NCBI RefSeq assembly: GCF_009914755.1
Contig: NC_060929.1
Source: the human T2T-CHM13v2.0 reference genome, Homo sapiens
Reading direction: 5' to 3' (one strand)
DNA length: 64,000 nt
Each line of letters opens with the position of its first letter. Position 1 is the first letter of the stretch. Position numbers and translations under genes: made by a program. Below, piece by piece: positions 31,798-46,999 of this stretch. The notes below the pieces were generated by a model, which had not been told where the DNA came from, did not search any database, and was given only the letters and a program-made list of their open reading frames with translations.

Positions 31798-32176
31798 TAA
31801 GAGTACAGTTGGACCCTTACCTTATATCATTTATAAAAACTAACTAGAAATGAATCAAAGACCTACATTTAAGAGCTAAAAGCATAAAACTTAGAAGGAA
31901 ACATAGATGTAATCTTAACGACCTTGGATTTAGCACTGGTTTCTTAAATATGACACCAAAAGCATAGGCAACAAAAGAAAAATAGATATATTGGACTTCA
32001 TCAAAATTAAAAAGCTTTTGGGTCTCAAAGGATATTATCAAATAGTGAAAAGACAGAATGGGAGAAAATATTTGTAAATCACATCTCTGTTATGGGTATA
32101 TTGTCCAGAATGTGTTGAGAATTCCTAAATCTCAACAATAAAAAGACAAGTATCCCAATTTAAAAATGGGCAAAGG

Positions 32177-32418
<242 letters not shown>

Positions 32419-33658
32419 AAAATGGGCAAAGGACTTGAATAAACATTTCTCCAAAGAAGATATACAAATGGCCAATAGGGACACGAAAAGGTTCTCAACA
32501 TCATTAACCATGAGGGAAATGCAAATCAAAACCACAATGATACACCACTTCACACCCACAATGATGGCTGTAATTTTTTTTTTAAGTAAAATAACAAGTG
32601 TTGGTGAAGATGTGGATTAACTGGAACCCTCGTACATTGCTGGTGTAGATATAAAACAGTGCAGCCACTTGGGAATAGCTTGGTGGCTCCTCAGAAAGCT
32701 AAATATAGAATTAACATATGTCCCGGCAATTCCACTCCTAGGCATATCCCCCAAAGAATTGAAAACAGGGACTCAAACAGATATATGTACATCAATGTTC
32801 ATTGCAGCATTATTCACGATACCCAAAAGGTGGAAACAATCCAAGTGCCATCAAAAGATGGATTTTCAAAATGTGGTATATACATACAATGGAATATTAT
32901 TCAGCCATAAAAGGAATGAAATTCTGATACATGCTGCAACATGGAAGCTTGAAAACATTATCCCAAGTGAAATAAGTCAGACACAAAAGCTCAGATATTG
33001 TATGATTCTAATTATATGAAATATTTAGAACAGACAAATTCATTTAGATAGAAAGTAGAAAAGCAGTTACCGGGTTAAGGAAAAGGGGAAATGGAGAGTT
33101 ACTCCTTAATAGGTAAAGAGTTTCTATTTGGAATAGTGAAAATATTCTAGTAAACTAGGATAGACGTCAAGAAAACTTAATCCAAATTAGCAAATGATCT
33201 AGGAAAGAAAAACAAAATAAAACAAGCAAAACAAACAAGAAAACCTTATGAAAATTCAGGATGTGTCAGTATTAGCCCAGACCCTTATAAGAGGTTTTAA
33301 TATTTATCCCTCAGCCCCAGTATACCTCATTAGGCAGTTTACTCAATTGAGGCTTAAGTGAGTTAATTACAGGGCAGCACCTCTGAAGAATGCGGTGTTT
33401 ACTTTTTCTCTATCCCACTCCTGCCACATTCCTCCCTGCTTCACCTTAACAAATTGGACCTGTGGCATGATTGCAGTGGGACCCAAAGCGTGCCTGAACC
33501 CACTCTCAGAAGTCATTACCCCTCTGCCCTGCCCACATCTTCTCAGGGGTCGGAAGAAACTTTCCCTAAGGACATCTGCAGCCATGAAGGAAAACAGCCC
33601 TGCTGGACCGCCACTGTGCAAAAAAGCACAGCCAAATGGAAAAGCAAAGGCTCGGGTA

Positions 33659-33668
33659 CTAAAAATAG
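33659..33668 (+). promoter_or_regulatory. MEF2 consensus CTAAAAATAG
   Basis: Exact consensus match in non-repeat sequence. Motif only. Confidence 0.3.
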
Positions 33669-34159
33669 CTGCTACACTCACCCAGCAGCAAAAGCCTTAG
33701 CTTTCTGCCAGCTCCCCGCCTCTTTTTTTGCCGACAAAATGGAACGGCTGAGTGCCACGAGAGCTTCCCCCAGCAACCTGGCTCCCTGGGGCACCAATCA
33801 CACTGAAAGACAGGGATTGAGTTCACAGCACCACACCAGGCTCTGGATAGGTGACTGGCCATCCCTGGGTGTGAGCAGGAGAGGGGCCAGGCTGGGTGAG
33901 GATGAACAAGGGCAAGGCGTCACCACAACAGGAGGGAGAAGGCTAGGGAGGCCTAGGGAGATGGTTCCTGAGAGGGCACAACCCTAGAGCTGCCTATACT
34001 GCTCTATACTTCTGTTAACGCTGCAGCCTTGGCTGTGGGGAGAAAAAGAATAAAGAATAGAAGTGGGGGACTCACAGCATTATCAGGACAACATACAACA
34101 AAACAAAGATTAACCCAAAGCCACAGATATCCCTCCCCTTCCATGAGATACTCATGTGT

Positions 34160-34198
34160 ATACACACACACACACAGACACACACATACAGACACACA
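34160..34198. repeat. Imperfect (CA)n microsatellite followed by a GA-rich tract to ~34730
   Basis: Direct inspection. Confidence 0.85.
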
Positions 34199-34850
34199 GT
34201 TATGAGCTTCCTTCTTACAGCTAGGGATCAACAACGAAACTGGTGCTGGGGAAAAAGAAGAGGAGGAAGAGCTAAATGAGAAGGAAATAGTCAAGGGCAA
34301 AGAAGACAAATGAGCAGAAGGGGGAGGCCCAGAAGGGACTGAGGAAGAAGAGGTCAGGGGCAGCTGATGCACACACAGCAGCTTCCCCCACTCCTTGGAG
34401 TGGGAAGAGGAGTGGAGGGTGAGAGAAATGGTAGCTCCCACAGGGCTCCCAGCCATCTCTGTCTCCTGCACACACGCTAACACTGTCAGAAACATTTTCT
34501 GCCAATACTAAGGATGAGAGGTGGATTCACAAGTGGATCCTTCATCTTCCCTCAATAATTCCACATGGACTGCACAGCTGACCCAGTTATTGCCTCTATA
34601 TATTTTTCCACAAAACAGGGAGAGAGAATGAGAGAGAGAAAGAGAGGACAAGAACATGGAGCTGAGGTGGGCAGTGGGAGAGGGATGGGGAGATTGAGAG
34701 GACTGAGGAGAGACCTAGGTGAGGCTGGGAGAAAGGTGTGAGATAGTTTCTCAGGCTTCACAGGGGCATTCAGAGAGCAAGAGCAAGTACAAACTACAGC
34801 ATGCAGGCACGGAAAACAGTGTTCTCCGTCCTTTTAAGGCCTGGCCTGCA

Positions 34851-34860
34851 GCCACGTCAC
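34851..34860 (-). promoter_or_regulatory. UPRE-type motif GTGACGTGGC (XBP1s/ATF6/CREB3 family)
   Basis: Plus strand gccacgtcac; exact TGACGTGG match. Motif only, no binding data. Confidence 0.35.
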
Positions 34861-35989
34861 CTGGTCTTGGTCCTTACTCAAGAAGTGGCAGGCATAGTTT
34901 GCCCTGGGCTTTATGCTAAAGCTGAGGGAGAAGGGAAAGGGGGAAAGGGAAGTGGCACACAGCTATGCTTTGCCAGGATGGCCCACCATCACAAGCAGGG
35001 ACAGAGGCAGCAGCAGTGGCAAAAGCCAGCTGCGGTCCCTGGCATAAGTAAAGCCAAAGTCATGGCATCCCATTGAGGCACAGTTTGGCACACCTGGCCT
35101 GATGATAGTGCCATTCCCAAACCACTTGCCACCCATAAACTCTGGGTTCACCTGATCAATGGCCCCTGCATACCCTGCAAAAAAAAAAAATCCTTCTCAT
35201 CATCCTTGGCTTTCAATGGAGGACAGACCTACATCTTTACATTTATGGCCCTCTTCTGACATAAAATACCATCACTCTGTCCAGGAAAGGGGAAACTATT
35301 TCAGTGTCTCACCGGTAACTCTTTCCTTAAGTATCCTTGGGCTTTGGGACAGAAGAGACAATAAGGTACTTGAGATGCCCATTTTTCTATCAAAAGTGTC
35401 CATTTGTAGGCTGTACCTCTGCTTAAATAGAGGTTGGATGCACTCACCAATCTGTATTGCCAGCTTACTGCAGCCCAGAGCAGATGTTTGGGGAGCAGGT
35501 GGGAGGAGGCCACTCGGCCCCCACCTCTCTCAGTGCCTCATGTCTTCCACACAATTCAGACAAGACTGGGGGTGGGGATTGGGCCCTGTGTAAACAAGAC
35601 GTCTCTTCTTAATGTCTTTTCTCCAGAATGGAAAACAAAAGAATGGGATGAGGATGGCAAGAAGCCAATAAAGGGAGAGGGAGCAGTATTGCTGGGTCTC
35701 TGGCAGCTTCTGACACACCTGGCAGGACCCATGGGCAGTAGCTGAGTTTCAGGACCAGAGCACAGAAAGAACTGGAAAAGGTTCTAAGTGTCCTGGACAA
35801 GCAAAGCCAACTCAGTAGCCTGCCATGGAGCCCTTGGAATTCCATCTTATAAAATGCTCATGTTATTAACCTACACTGTATGTTCATGTATTTGTTTTCC
35901 TGAATCTCCTGGGAAAAGTGAAAGGGCAAGAATTCCTACTTCCATTTTATAAGGAAGAAACTGAAGCAAAGAGACAAAAGAAACAAAAA

Positions 35990-36549
<560 letters not shown>

Positions 36550-37864
36550 CACTCCATCATTGGAATGGAAATGATGACTGCTGCCCTGGACCCGCAGCCC
36601 ATCAGAGCCAGGCCAGGCAACTACTCTCCAAAGCTCCTGCTCCCTGTTAGATCCACACACTGTCCAGCTGACCCATGCCTCAAATGAGGACCAAAGCCTT
36701 TTGTTGGGTAGCTACTCCCAGGAGGTAAAGGAAATAAATGTTAAAGGATGACCCTCCTGGCTGAAAATGGAGAAACCCGAGGCAGTTTTCTGCTGAGCCC
36801 CAAGGCAGACCCAGCCCACTCAGTGCTTTTCCTAGCATATTGGCATCCAGAGAGCCAAGCCACCAACATGCAGAACTGCCAGCTGCAGGAACAGCTGTAA
36901 GACAATCACCTGCTTTACAAACTGAAGGTTAGAGGATGAGCTCTTCCACAGACACACATTCATTACTATTTATGGGCTGCACAAACTCATATGCACACAT
37001 ACAGTCACTCACCTCTACACAAACAGAAGTGCACTACCTAATTTAAGCAGACAAATATGAAGCTGGAGAAACAACGCAAAGAGGACACTGAAAGGACGCC
37101 CCTGACAAGGGAGAACAACGTGCAAAGGCTTAAGAAAAGAAATGGAATTTTAAAGAATAATTTGAAGGACAAGAAAAACAAGTTTGTAATAGTCAGGCAA
37201 ACAAGCTTTTCCCACCTGAGACAATACTAAACAGAAAGTCAAGAGGCAGACAGCAATTAAATGGAAAGTCTTTGAACAGCAAAACAAATGTGGCTTCTAA
37301 CTAGTCCAGCCCCCAGCTGGCAAGGTGGCTGGACTGGAACATCCCTGAGCCAGTGGCCATTTGTACAATGGGGATAATATCTCCCCTATGTTTTGAAGTC
37401 ATGCCTAGGGCCAAGCAAAGAGGGACTGCTCTCAACAAACCCAAGGCACCCAAGAAAAAAGGTTATTAGAGGAGGCTGTTGGAGGGTAGAGGGTTCACAA
37501 TGGATCCAAGCCTCTGCCTAACCAGAGAGCTACAAAGAGCTACAGAGAGCTACAAAATCCACCGTGCAGCCTGCAAGGGAGAACAGTGGCAGTACAGATG
37601 TTAGCCCTGCCAGAGGGCACAGGGAGCCAAGAAGGGCTCCACAGGCCCAGCTGGGAATAGGCACCTGGAAGGAAGACAACATGGGATGGGATGAAATGGG
37701 AAGGGCAGTGAGGAGCATTCCTAGCCCTTTCTCTGTACTCCCAGAGGTGGAACATGACCTACTCCATTCCCACTCCAGTAGAGAAGAATACAGATCTTCA
37801 AGAAGGGAGCTAAACAAACTAGCAAAAAAAAAAAAAAAAACTGCAATCACAGCGACAAAAGTTA

Positions 37865-38317
<453 letters not shown>

Positions 38318-39294
38318 TTATTTGGACTGCTAAAGACCCAGAAGACATGGCAGGCACTCAATACCTACATAGAGAACAATTGGAATTCAATGCCATTAGG
38401 CGTGGAACTTATCAATGGATCCAGGAAGGCTGTGGCAACCTCATACCTGTTGAAGACGAAGAGGTAGACAGGGCTAAGGCAGGGCAAGAGTTTCAGTGCT
38501 ATCAACACAGAGGTGATCATCAAAGCAACAGGAGCAGAGCGACTATCTTTCTAGGGAGAAACCTTAGAGAGAAAAGGACAGCGGACCAAGCATAGTCTTC
38601 AACTCATGGCTGCACGTTAGGAAAAGGGAGCAAGCAAGGAAACCAGAGGAGCAGCCACATGATTAGTGCAGACCTACACAGGTCAAAAGAGTGGAGAATC
38701 CTGAGAAAATCCAGTTGTAGGCAACAATGTCAGGAGATCAGTCACTGGATTTGGCAATGAGGCAGTCAGAGGGCCCTTCAAAAGAGTGTCCACAGATGAA
38801 GACATAGAGGCACAAGGGTAGGCCACTCCAAAAGGCTCAATGGGTCCACTAAATTTTGAAGATTTGAGGCCACATTTCTAAATGTGATTTTTCAACATTT
38901 CACTAAAGTCTTAATGAGAAAAGAGAAAAAAAAATTCCTCCATGGGTGCAACAGAGGGATTCTTCAATACCATACATAAGTTCCTATGATTGATGAAGAG
39001 CTACCCCACAACACACATGACCTCAGGACAATGATGGGCATCAGTCACTCCAGCAGAAGGAGGGGGCAGGGAGGTAAAATTTCTAAGAAGAAACTCCCAT
39101 CAGACACAATTCTACCTTCTCTGGGCTCTCAGCCATGCCTCAGACTGCCCGGAGGCTTTAGTCCTTCCACTTTGTGGAAATGTAATAATAACTCCGCCAT
39201 GGCGGAGACAGAGAAATACCCTAGTGCCACCCCTTCCCCCAGCATTCAAATATACTATCTGGGCATCCCAGAGGAAAATTAATTCTGTCAAATA

Positions 39295-39535
39295 ATAATT
39301 ATAGTCAACATTTATAGAGAACTTTCCATGTTGCAAGCAAAGTATTAGTTCATTTACTCTTCACGACAACCCTCTGAGGTGGTTCCAATATGCTGCTCAT
39401 TTTACCCATGAGGGGACCAAAATTCAGAGAGGTTAAGTAACGTGCCAGAGTTCATGCAGCCACAGAGCAGTAGAGTCAGAATTCAAAGCCAGTTTGGCCC
39501 CAAAAGCCATGCTCTTTCCATAGCCGTGCTGTCTC
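39295..39535 (-). mobile_element. MIR (sense to SIL1), overlaps the candidate UTR exon
   Basis: Minus strand reads acagcacggctatggaaagagcatgg...gttacttaacctctctg...ctcatgggtaaaatg, matching the MIR head and core. Confidence 0.85.
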
Positions 39536-39588
39536 TCGAGGGGTCTGTGAAATCAGCCACAGAAACTGGACTCATCATTTTATTTGTT
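39406..39588 (-). other. SIL1: Candidate alternative 5'UTR cassette exon of SIL1 (183 nt), largely MIR-derived
   Basis: Acceptor ctttttatttatactgttgcag|AACAAA, donor CATGG|gtaaaat. Recalled (unverified) that a SIL1 transcript variant has an extra 5'UTR exon in intron 1. Confidence 0.6.
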
Positions 39589-39639
39589 CTGCAACAGTAT
39601 AAATAAAAAGGCACATTTTGTGTCAGGACAGAAATTTTT

Positions 39640-39914
39640 TTTTTAATTTTATTATTATTATACTTTAAGTTTTAGGGTACATGTGCACAATGTGCAGGTT
39701 TGTTACATATGTATGCATGTGCAATGTTGGTGTGCTGCACCCATTAACTCGTCATTTAGCATTAGGTATATCTCCTAATGCTATCCCTCCCCCCTCCCCC
39801 AACCCCACAACAGTCCCCGGTGTGTGATGTTCCCCTTCCTGTGTCCATGTGTTCTCATTGTTCAATTCCCACCTCTGAATGGGTGCTGGGAAAACTGGCT
39901 AGCCATATGTAGAA
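39640..39914 (-). mobile_element. Short L1PA3-like insertion with 5' inversion
   Basis: L1PA 3'UTR antisense at 39640-39880, then sense ORF2 piece ggtgctgggaaaactggctagccatatgtagaa; TSD aggacagaaattttt at 39625-39639 and 39915-39929. Confidence 0.93.
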
Positions 39915-39988
39915 AGGACAGAAATTTTTAAATGAGCCTACTGGGGCCCTCTTGTGGAAAGACCCACCTCTACCATGTTCTAGTTTCT

Positions 39989-40312
39989 GCACCACACACA
40001 AACACACACCACACACACGCGCACACACACACATACCACACACAGGCACCTTGATTACTAAATGCCCTTGGCACAGACCAGCCAAGGCATAGGCACAGGC
40101 ATTCAGGAAGAAGAAATCCCTTGACTCAGATTGCAGCCAGGCTTCCTTTGTGACTTGATCCCTTAAACTCCTATCACTCAAGCTTCCTAGCTATACACGA
40201 AGCAAAAGCATCCCTGCTCCCCTTCATGGAGCCCAGTGCCAGGCACACACACACATATACACACACACACACACAAACCACAACCACACACACCACGTAT
40301 ATACACACACCC
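39989..40312. repeat. Two degenerate CA-rich tracts (~39989-40045 and ~40244-40312)
   Basis: Direct inspection. Confidence 0.75.
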
Positions 40313-40639
40313 AACTGTCTGGCAAGAACTTGACACCTCGCCCCTCCATGCAGAAAATACACAAGACAGAAGTATTTCTACATGGCAGACAAAGACGGAG
40401 TCTTCTTTGGTGAATGGGGCTTGCCTAAGCATACCAGCAGTTGACCAGATGAATCAGAGGAATACTCAGGTCCTAGTCTGTACTTTCCAGTAGGTCCTAG
40501 ACTGTAAGCTCCTAGCAAGATACAGACAAGGGGACCTACTCCTTATACCTGATCCTTGACCCTGCCTGAGGTACCGGGAGTGATCAGCCCATGTCTGATA
40601 ACAACCAAGGTTACAAGAAGCTCCATTCCCTTCCAACCC

Positions 40640-40880
40640 ACTACAGTGTAATAGGAAGAATGCAGGCTCTGGATTTTGAGCCAAGTCTCCCCTACTAGCT
40701 GTGTGACTTTGGGCCAGATGCTTAACCTCTACAAGTTTCAACCCCTTCATCTATAAGAGGACTTGATAGTAACTATTTAGTATGACTGTCTATATTAAAT
40801 GAGATGACATAGAGCATATAGCACAGTGCCTGACACAAAATGAGGGCTCATAAAGCTTATAGCTCTCACTACTATTATTA
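40640..40880 (+). mobile_element. MIR
   Basis: ctactagctgtgtgactttggg...cttaacctct...attaaatgagatga. Confidence 0.75.
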
Positions 40881-41791
40881 GAGAAAATTCTGAGCAAAGA
40901 ATAGGATAAGCAAAAGCAGCGAGGGCTTCACCCCCATACAGAACTGTCTTCTGTTCTGACAACCAAGCCCCTCTTTGGAGACTAGCTTCCCTGAGCCACA
41001 AGTCAGCCCACACACCTGGACTATACTCTGGGTGGTTACAGACACATTTCCATTGAAACCTTTAAGCGATGCTGGCTGGCTCTGCATCAGTGCCAGCTGA
41101 CTGACATCAAACACTTCAGAGTCCCGCTTCCTGATGACTCAGGCCTGTCTCCAAATTCCTGCTGCCACTCTCCTACCTCTAAGGGGGAGTCAGGGAGAGT
41201 AGGAACAGCCGGGGCAAATGCAGCTGACCTAGACTGCTGGGACCACTGTAGACAGATGCAGCTAGCATCCAGGGACTAAGGGTCCCAGGGCTTTTCTTCC
41301 CTCCCCTTTTAAAATAGTAACTGGATCTCCTGACAGTATGTGCGATGGGCTTTCTCTATAGCCTGCTCCCAAAGAACACCAGGGACTTTCACACCACAGT
41401 CATCCAGATACCACGGTCAGGGTTCGAGGGGAGGAGAGATCAGAATTCATCTTTCCTTTCCCCTGATGTCTCTAAGCTTCCAGAAAACATCAGGGCCTCT
41501 TAAAGGGGCTAAAATAGGGAAGAAGGTATGATTTCCAGTCCATAGTTCTAAAGGAACTATCTGCTAACTGGTAAGTACAATTTGTTTGCCATTTCTATTG
41601 CAAGCATTCAGCACTCACACTCTAAAAGCAAATACCACACAAAGATAATTTCAGCATTAATGTCAGTTCCTTGAGCACACTGGGCACCATACTATGGAAC
41701 AGAATATACAAAAGATATTGTCACTTGCCTCAGGTGGATGATGTCCTGTTCACATTCAGTGGATAATGTGGCCTTCCACATCTTAGTCTCA

Positions 41792-42399
<608 letters not shown>

Positions 42400-43475
42400 C
42401 TAATTACAACTTTGTAATAATGAGCTAGGCAATAATTAGGGTACTCCTTAAACTAATTGGGGAGCCCCAAGAAAATAGCATTTACTTACAGAAACACTTA
42501 GCAACAATACGAGGATGGGTCACCAAGCACAGGACTTGCTACTACCATGTTGGTATCAACTATGTCTTCCAGGTAAGTCAGCAACTGCAACATTTTATTT
42601 TTAACATGCCTGAGAGCCCAAGACTATTTATAATACCAGATCCTTAAAAACTTGAAAGGGAGATGAATTTTAAAATGTACACATTTACATATGTGGGCAG
42701 AAACACAAAAATCAGATGCCTCTCAACACAGCTCAGGGAGCCATAACTCACGGCTTTCACAATCCCACCGAATGCCCAGAGAAAATCCGGGCACCTTCTA
42801 CAAGGGATGGTAGGAAGCTGGGTAGGTAGCCAAGAAACAAAGAAACCTAAACTCAGTACTTGGCAGGACAATTAAGGAGCAGAGGATTTTAAATGCATTG
42901 TTTCTGACTCTAAATATGGCTACATTTATTACCAATTTGGGATCAGAAACCACATTTAGTTCTGTCATGACCACATGCTAAAAATATTAAGCAGAGTATT
43001 GCCTAGGAAACAGCAGTTCTCCCTGCTGCGGCAGCTCCACTTCAGAGCCATCTCTGCCATGGTCACAGGGTTTCCATCCTGTGCTTTGCTGAGAGCACAG
43101 TTACAAGCAGAACTGACACTGTCCTGCCAAGACGTCCCCCCGCATTTTAGAAGGCAGCAATAGGAACCAGAGCTAGGGACTGCACAAACTCCTCATCCTC
43201 TCCAGGGCTGTTTTAGGTGTCAGTGAAGCTCTATTTCATAGGCCTATAACTAGAATCCATCTGACTGGGAGCTCCACAGCGGGAGGGACAATTGTCTGTG
43301 TAACATACCACTGTCTCCTCATTGCCCAGCACTTTTCCTGGCACTCAAAAAATAGCCATTGATTTAATAAAATCAATAATCTAAAAAGAACCATTTGGAA
43401 GAGTACAATGGAAAATAACACTGCCATTAAAATAGGTAAAAATATGGACTGTGGTAATACATAAAAACAGGTGCT

Positions 43476-43772
43476 GGCCAGGCACAATGGTTCACACCTG
43501 TAATCCCAGCACTTTGGGAGGCCTAGGTAGGAGGATGACTTGAAGCTAGGAGTTCAAGATCAGCCTGGGCAGCAAAGTAAGACTCTGTCTCTACAAAAAA
43601 AAAAAAAAAATTTTTTTTTCATTAGCAGGGCATGGTGATGCAACTATGGTCTCAACTACTCAGGAGGCTGAGGTGGGAGGATGGCTTGAGCCCAGGAGTT
43701 CAGGGCTGCAGTGAGCTATGATCACACCACTGCACTCCAGGTTGGGCAATAGCGAGACCCCTATCTTTAAAA
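43476..43772 (+). mobile_element. AluJo-like
   Basis: ggctgcagtgagctatgatc and J-type diagnostics. Confidence 0.9.
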
Positions 43773-44873
43773 GCAGATGCATAAAAAATTGTTGAGTGGA
43801 AGTGAAAGCAGCAGAACCTAATGGCATACATATGTAAATTACTACTTTGGAAAGAAGTGTGTGTGGCCACCTCTATGATCACATGTGAACTTAGAATTAT
43901 GGAAAACTGTGCTCAATGGAATCTTTCACCCTGAAATGTTAAATATCTGAGAAAACACTTTAAAATACATTATTTTCAGCACAGAACCTACTCCCTTATC
44001 AGCTGACTTGTTCTGATCTCCTGAATGGCTCAGAGGCCTTGTTCTTGTTCAGCAAACCCAAGATCAGACCATACACTCATCAGCCAAAGGAAACAGAGAA
44101 CACATGGAAAAAGCCGCAGTCTTAAAGTCCAACTTAGCAACTTGACCCTGTAAGGGCAGTTTCCAGGCTGCATAATCAGAATGGCTGGCTGCCCAGACAG
44201 GCGGCCAAGATGGAAGTGTCAAAACAAAAAAGTATGGAAAAGTTCACCTGGCCCAACTTCAAAGCCAAAGCTCCAAAAAGGTAGGAGTTTAACAGGCACT
44301 TACTGGCCAGCAAGGTGCCTGTTAAGAAGGGTAGCAGTACACTAATCCTTCTCAAACTCTTCACAAAAACCAAAGAGAAGGGAAACACTTCCTAATTCAT
44401 TCTATGAAGTCAGCATTACCCTGAAACCAAAGCAAGACAAAGACACTATAAGAAGACTCCAGACCAATATCTCTTATAATATACATGCAAAAAATCCTGA
44501 ACAAAATACTAGCAAGCCAAAATTCAGCAGCATATTAAGAGAATTATACAACATGATCAAGTGGTGTTTTATCCCAGGAATACAAGAGTGGCTCAACATA
44601 TGAAATGCAATCAATGTAATACACCACATTAATAGAATGAAGGAAAAAAACCACATGATCATTTCAATGGATACTGAAAAAGCAACTGACAAAATCCAAT
44701 ATCCTTTCATAATAAAAAATACCCAATAAACCCGGAATAGAAAAGAACATCCTCAACATAATAAAAGGCATATATGAAAAACCCACAGCTAGCATCATAT
44801 TTAATGGTGAAAGACTGAAAGCTTTTCCCCAAAGACCAAGAACACGACAAAGATACCCACTTTCACCACCTCT

Positions 44874-45179
<306 letters not shown>

Positions 45180-45302
45180 ACCCACTTTCACCACTTCTAT
45201 TCAACATAATACTATAAGTTCTAGCCAGAGCAATTAGGCAAGAAAAGAATAAAAGGCATCCATATTGGAAAGGAAGATGTAAAACTATTCTATGTGCAGA
45301 TG

Positions 45303-45420
45303 ATATATACATATATATGTGTATATACACATATAAATGTATATACATATATGTATATATACATATATAAACACATATATACACACATATGTATATACAC
45401 ATGTGTATATACATATATAT

Positions 45421-45466
<46 letters not shown>
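45303..45466. repeat. Compound (TA)/(CA)/(TG) microsatellite at an Alu tail
   Basis: Near-continuous purine-pyrimidine alternation over ~160 bp. Confidence 0.95.
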
Positions 45467-45778
<312 letters not shown>

Positions 45779-46276
45779 TGATCTTATTCATAGAAAACCT
45801 TCACAAATAAAACCTGTTAGAGCTAATAAATTCAGTAAAGTTGCAGGACATAAAACCAACACACAAAAATCAGTTGTATTTCTATATCCCAGAGATGAAC
45901 GATCCAAAAAGGAAACTAAGAAAGCAATTCCATTTAAAACAGTATCAAAAAGAACACTTAGGAATAAATTTTGCCAATGAAGCAAAAGACTTTACACTGA
46001 AAACTACAAAACGCTGCTGAAGAAATAAAAGAAGATCTCCATTTCAATTTTTCTGTACAACACATAAATAAATAAAAAGTCATTTTAGGTTCATGATTCA
46101 AAGATATGATATTGCTAAAATGATAGTATTACCCAAAGCAATATGCAGATGCAACGCAATCCCTTTCAAAATTCCAGTGGATTTTTTGCAGAAATGGAAA
46201 AACCCATCCTAAAATTCACATGGAGTTTCAAGGGACCCTGAATATCCAAAACAATCTTGAAGCAGGAGAACAAAAC

Positions 46277-46432
46277 TGCTGGGCACAGTGATTCATGACT
46301 GTAATCCCAGCTACTTGGGAGGCTGAGGCAGGAGGATTGCTTGAGGCTAGGAACTCAAGGCTGCAGTGGGCTATGACAGTGCCATTGCACTTTAGTCTGA
46401 GTGACAGAGCAAGATCCCATCTCTTAAAAAAA
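46277..46432 (+). mobile_element. Alu monomer (FRAM/FAM-like)
   Basis: Right-arm-like monomer inside L1. Confidence 0.75.
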
Positions 46433-46675
46433 CAAGAACAAAAAACAGCAAAGTTGAGGGGAAAAAAAGAACAAAGCTGGAGAATTCCACAAGTCCAATT
46501 TCAAAACTTACCATAAGGCTAGAGTAATCAAAAGTGTGGTAATGATGTAAGGATAAACATATAGACCAATGGAATAGAATTGTGAGACCAGAATTAAACC
46601 CTCACATCTCTATAGTCAACTGATTTTTACAAAAGTGTTATTGAGTAAAAAGGGATTTTTAAAGGACGAAATTTA

Positions 46676-46999
<324 letters not shown>

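Noticed and set aside
33367-34505. Overlapping 100-177-aa ORFs
   Set aside because: No recognisable domain, mostly non-ATG starts, and they include microsatellite or GA-rich translation; chance ORFs.
44200-44290. ggcggccaagatggaag, resembling a processed-pseudogene start or YY1 site
   Set aside because: ORF closes after ~24 codons; no poly-A, TSD or recognisable parent gene.
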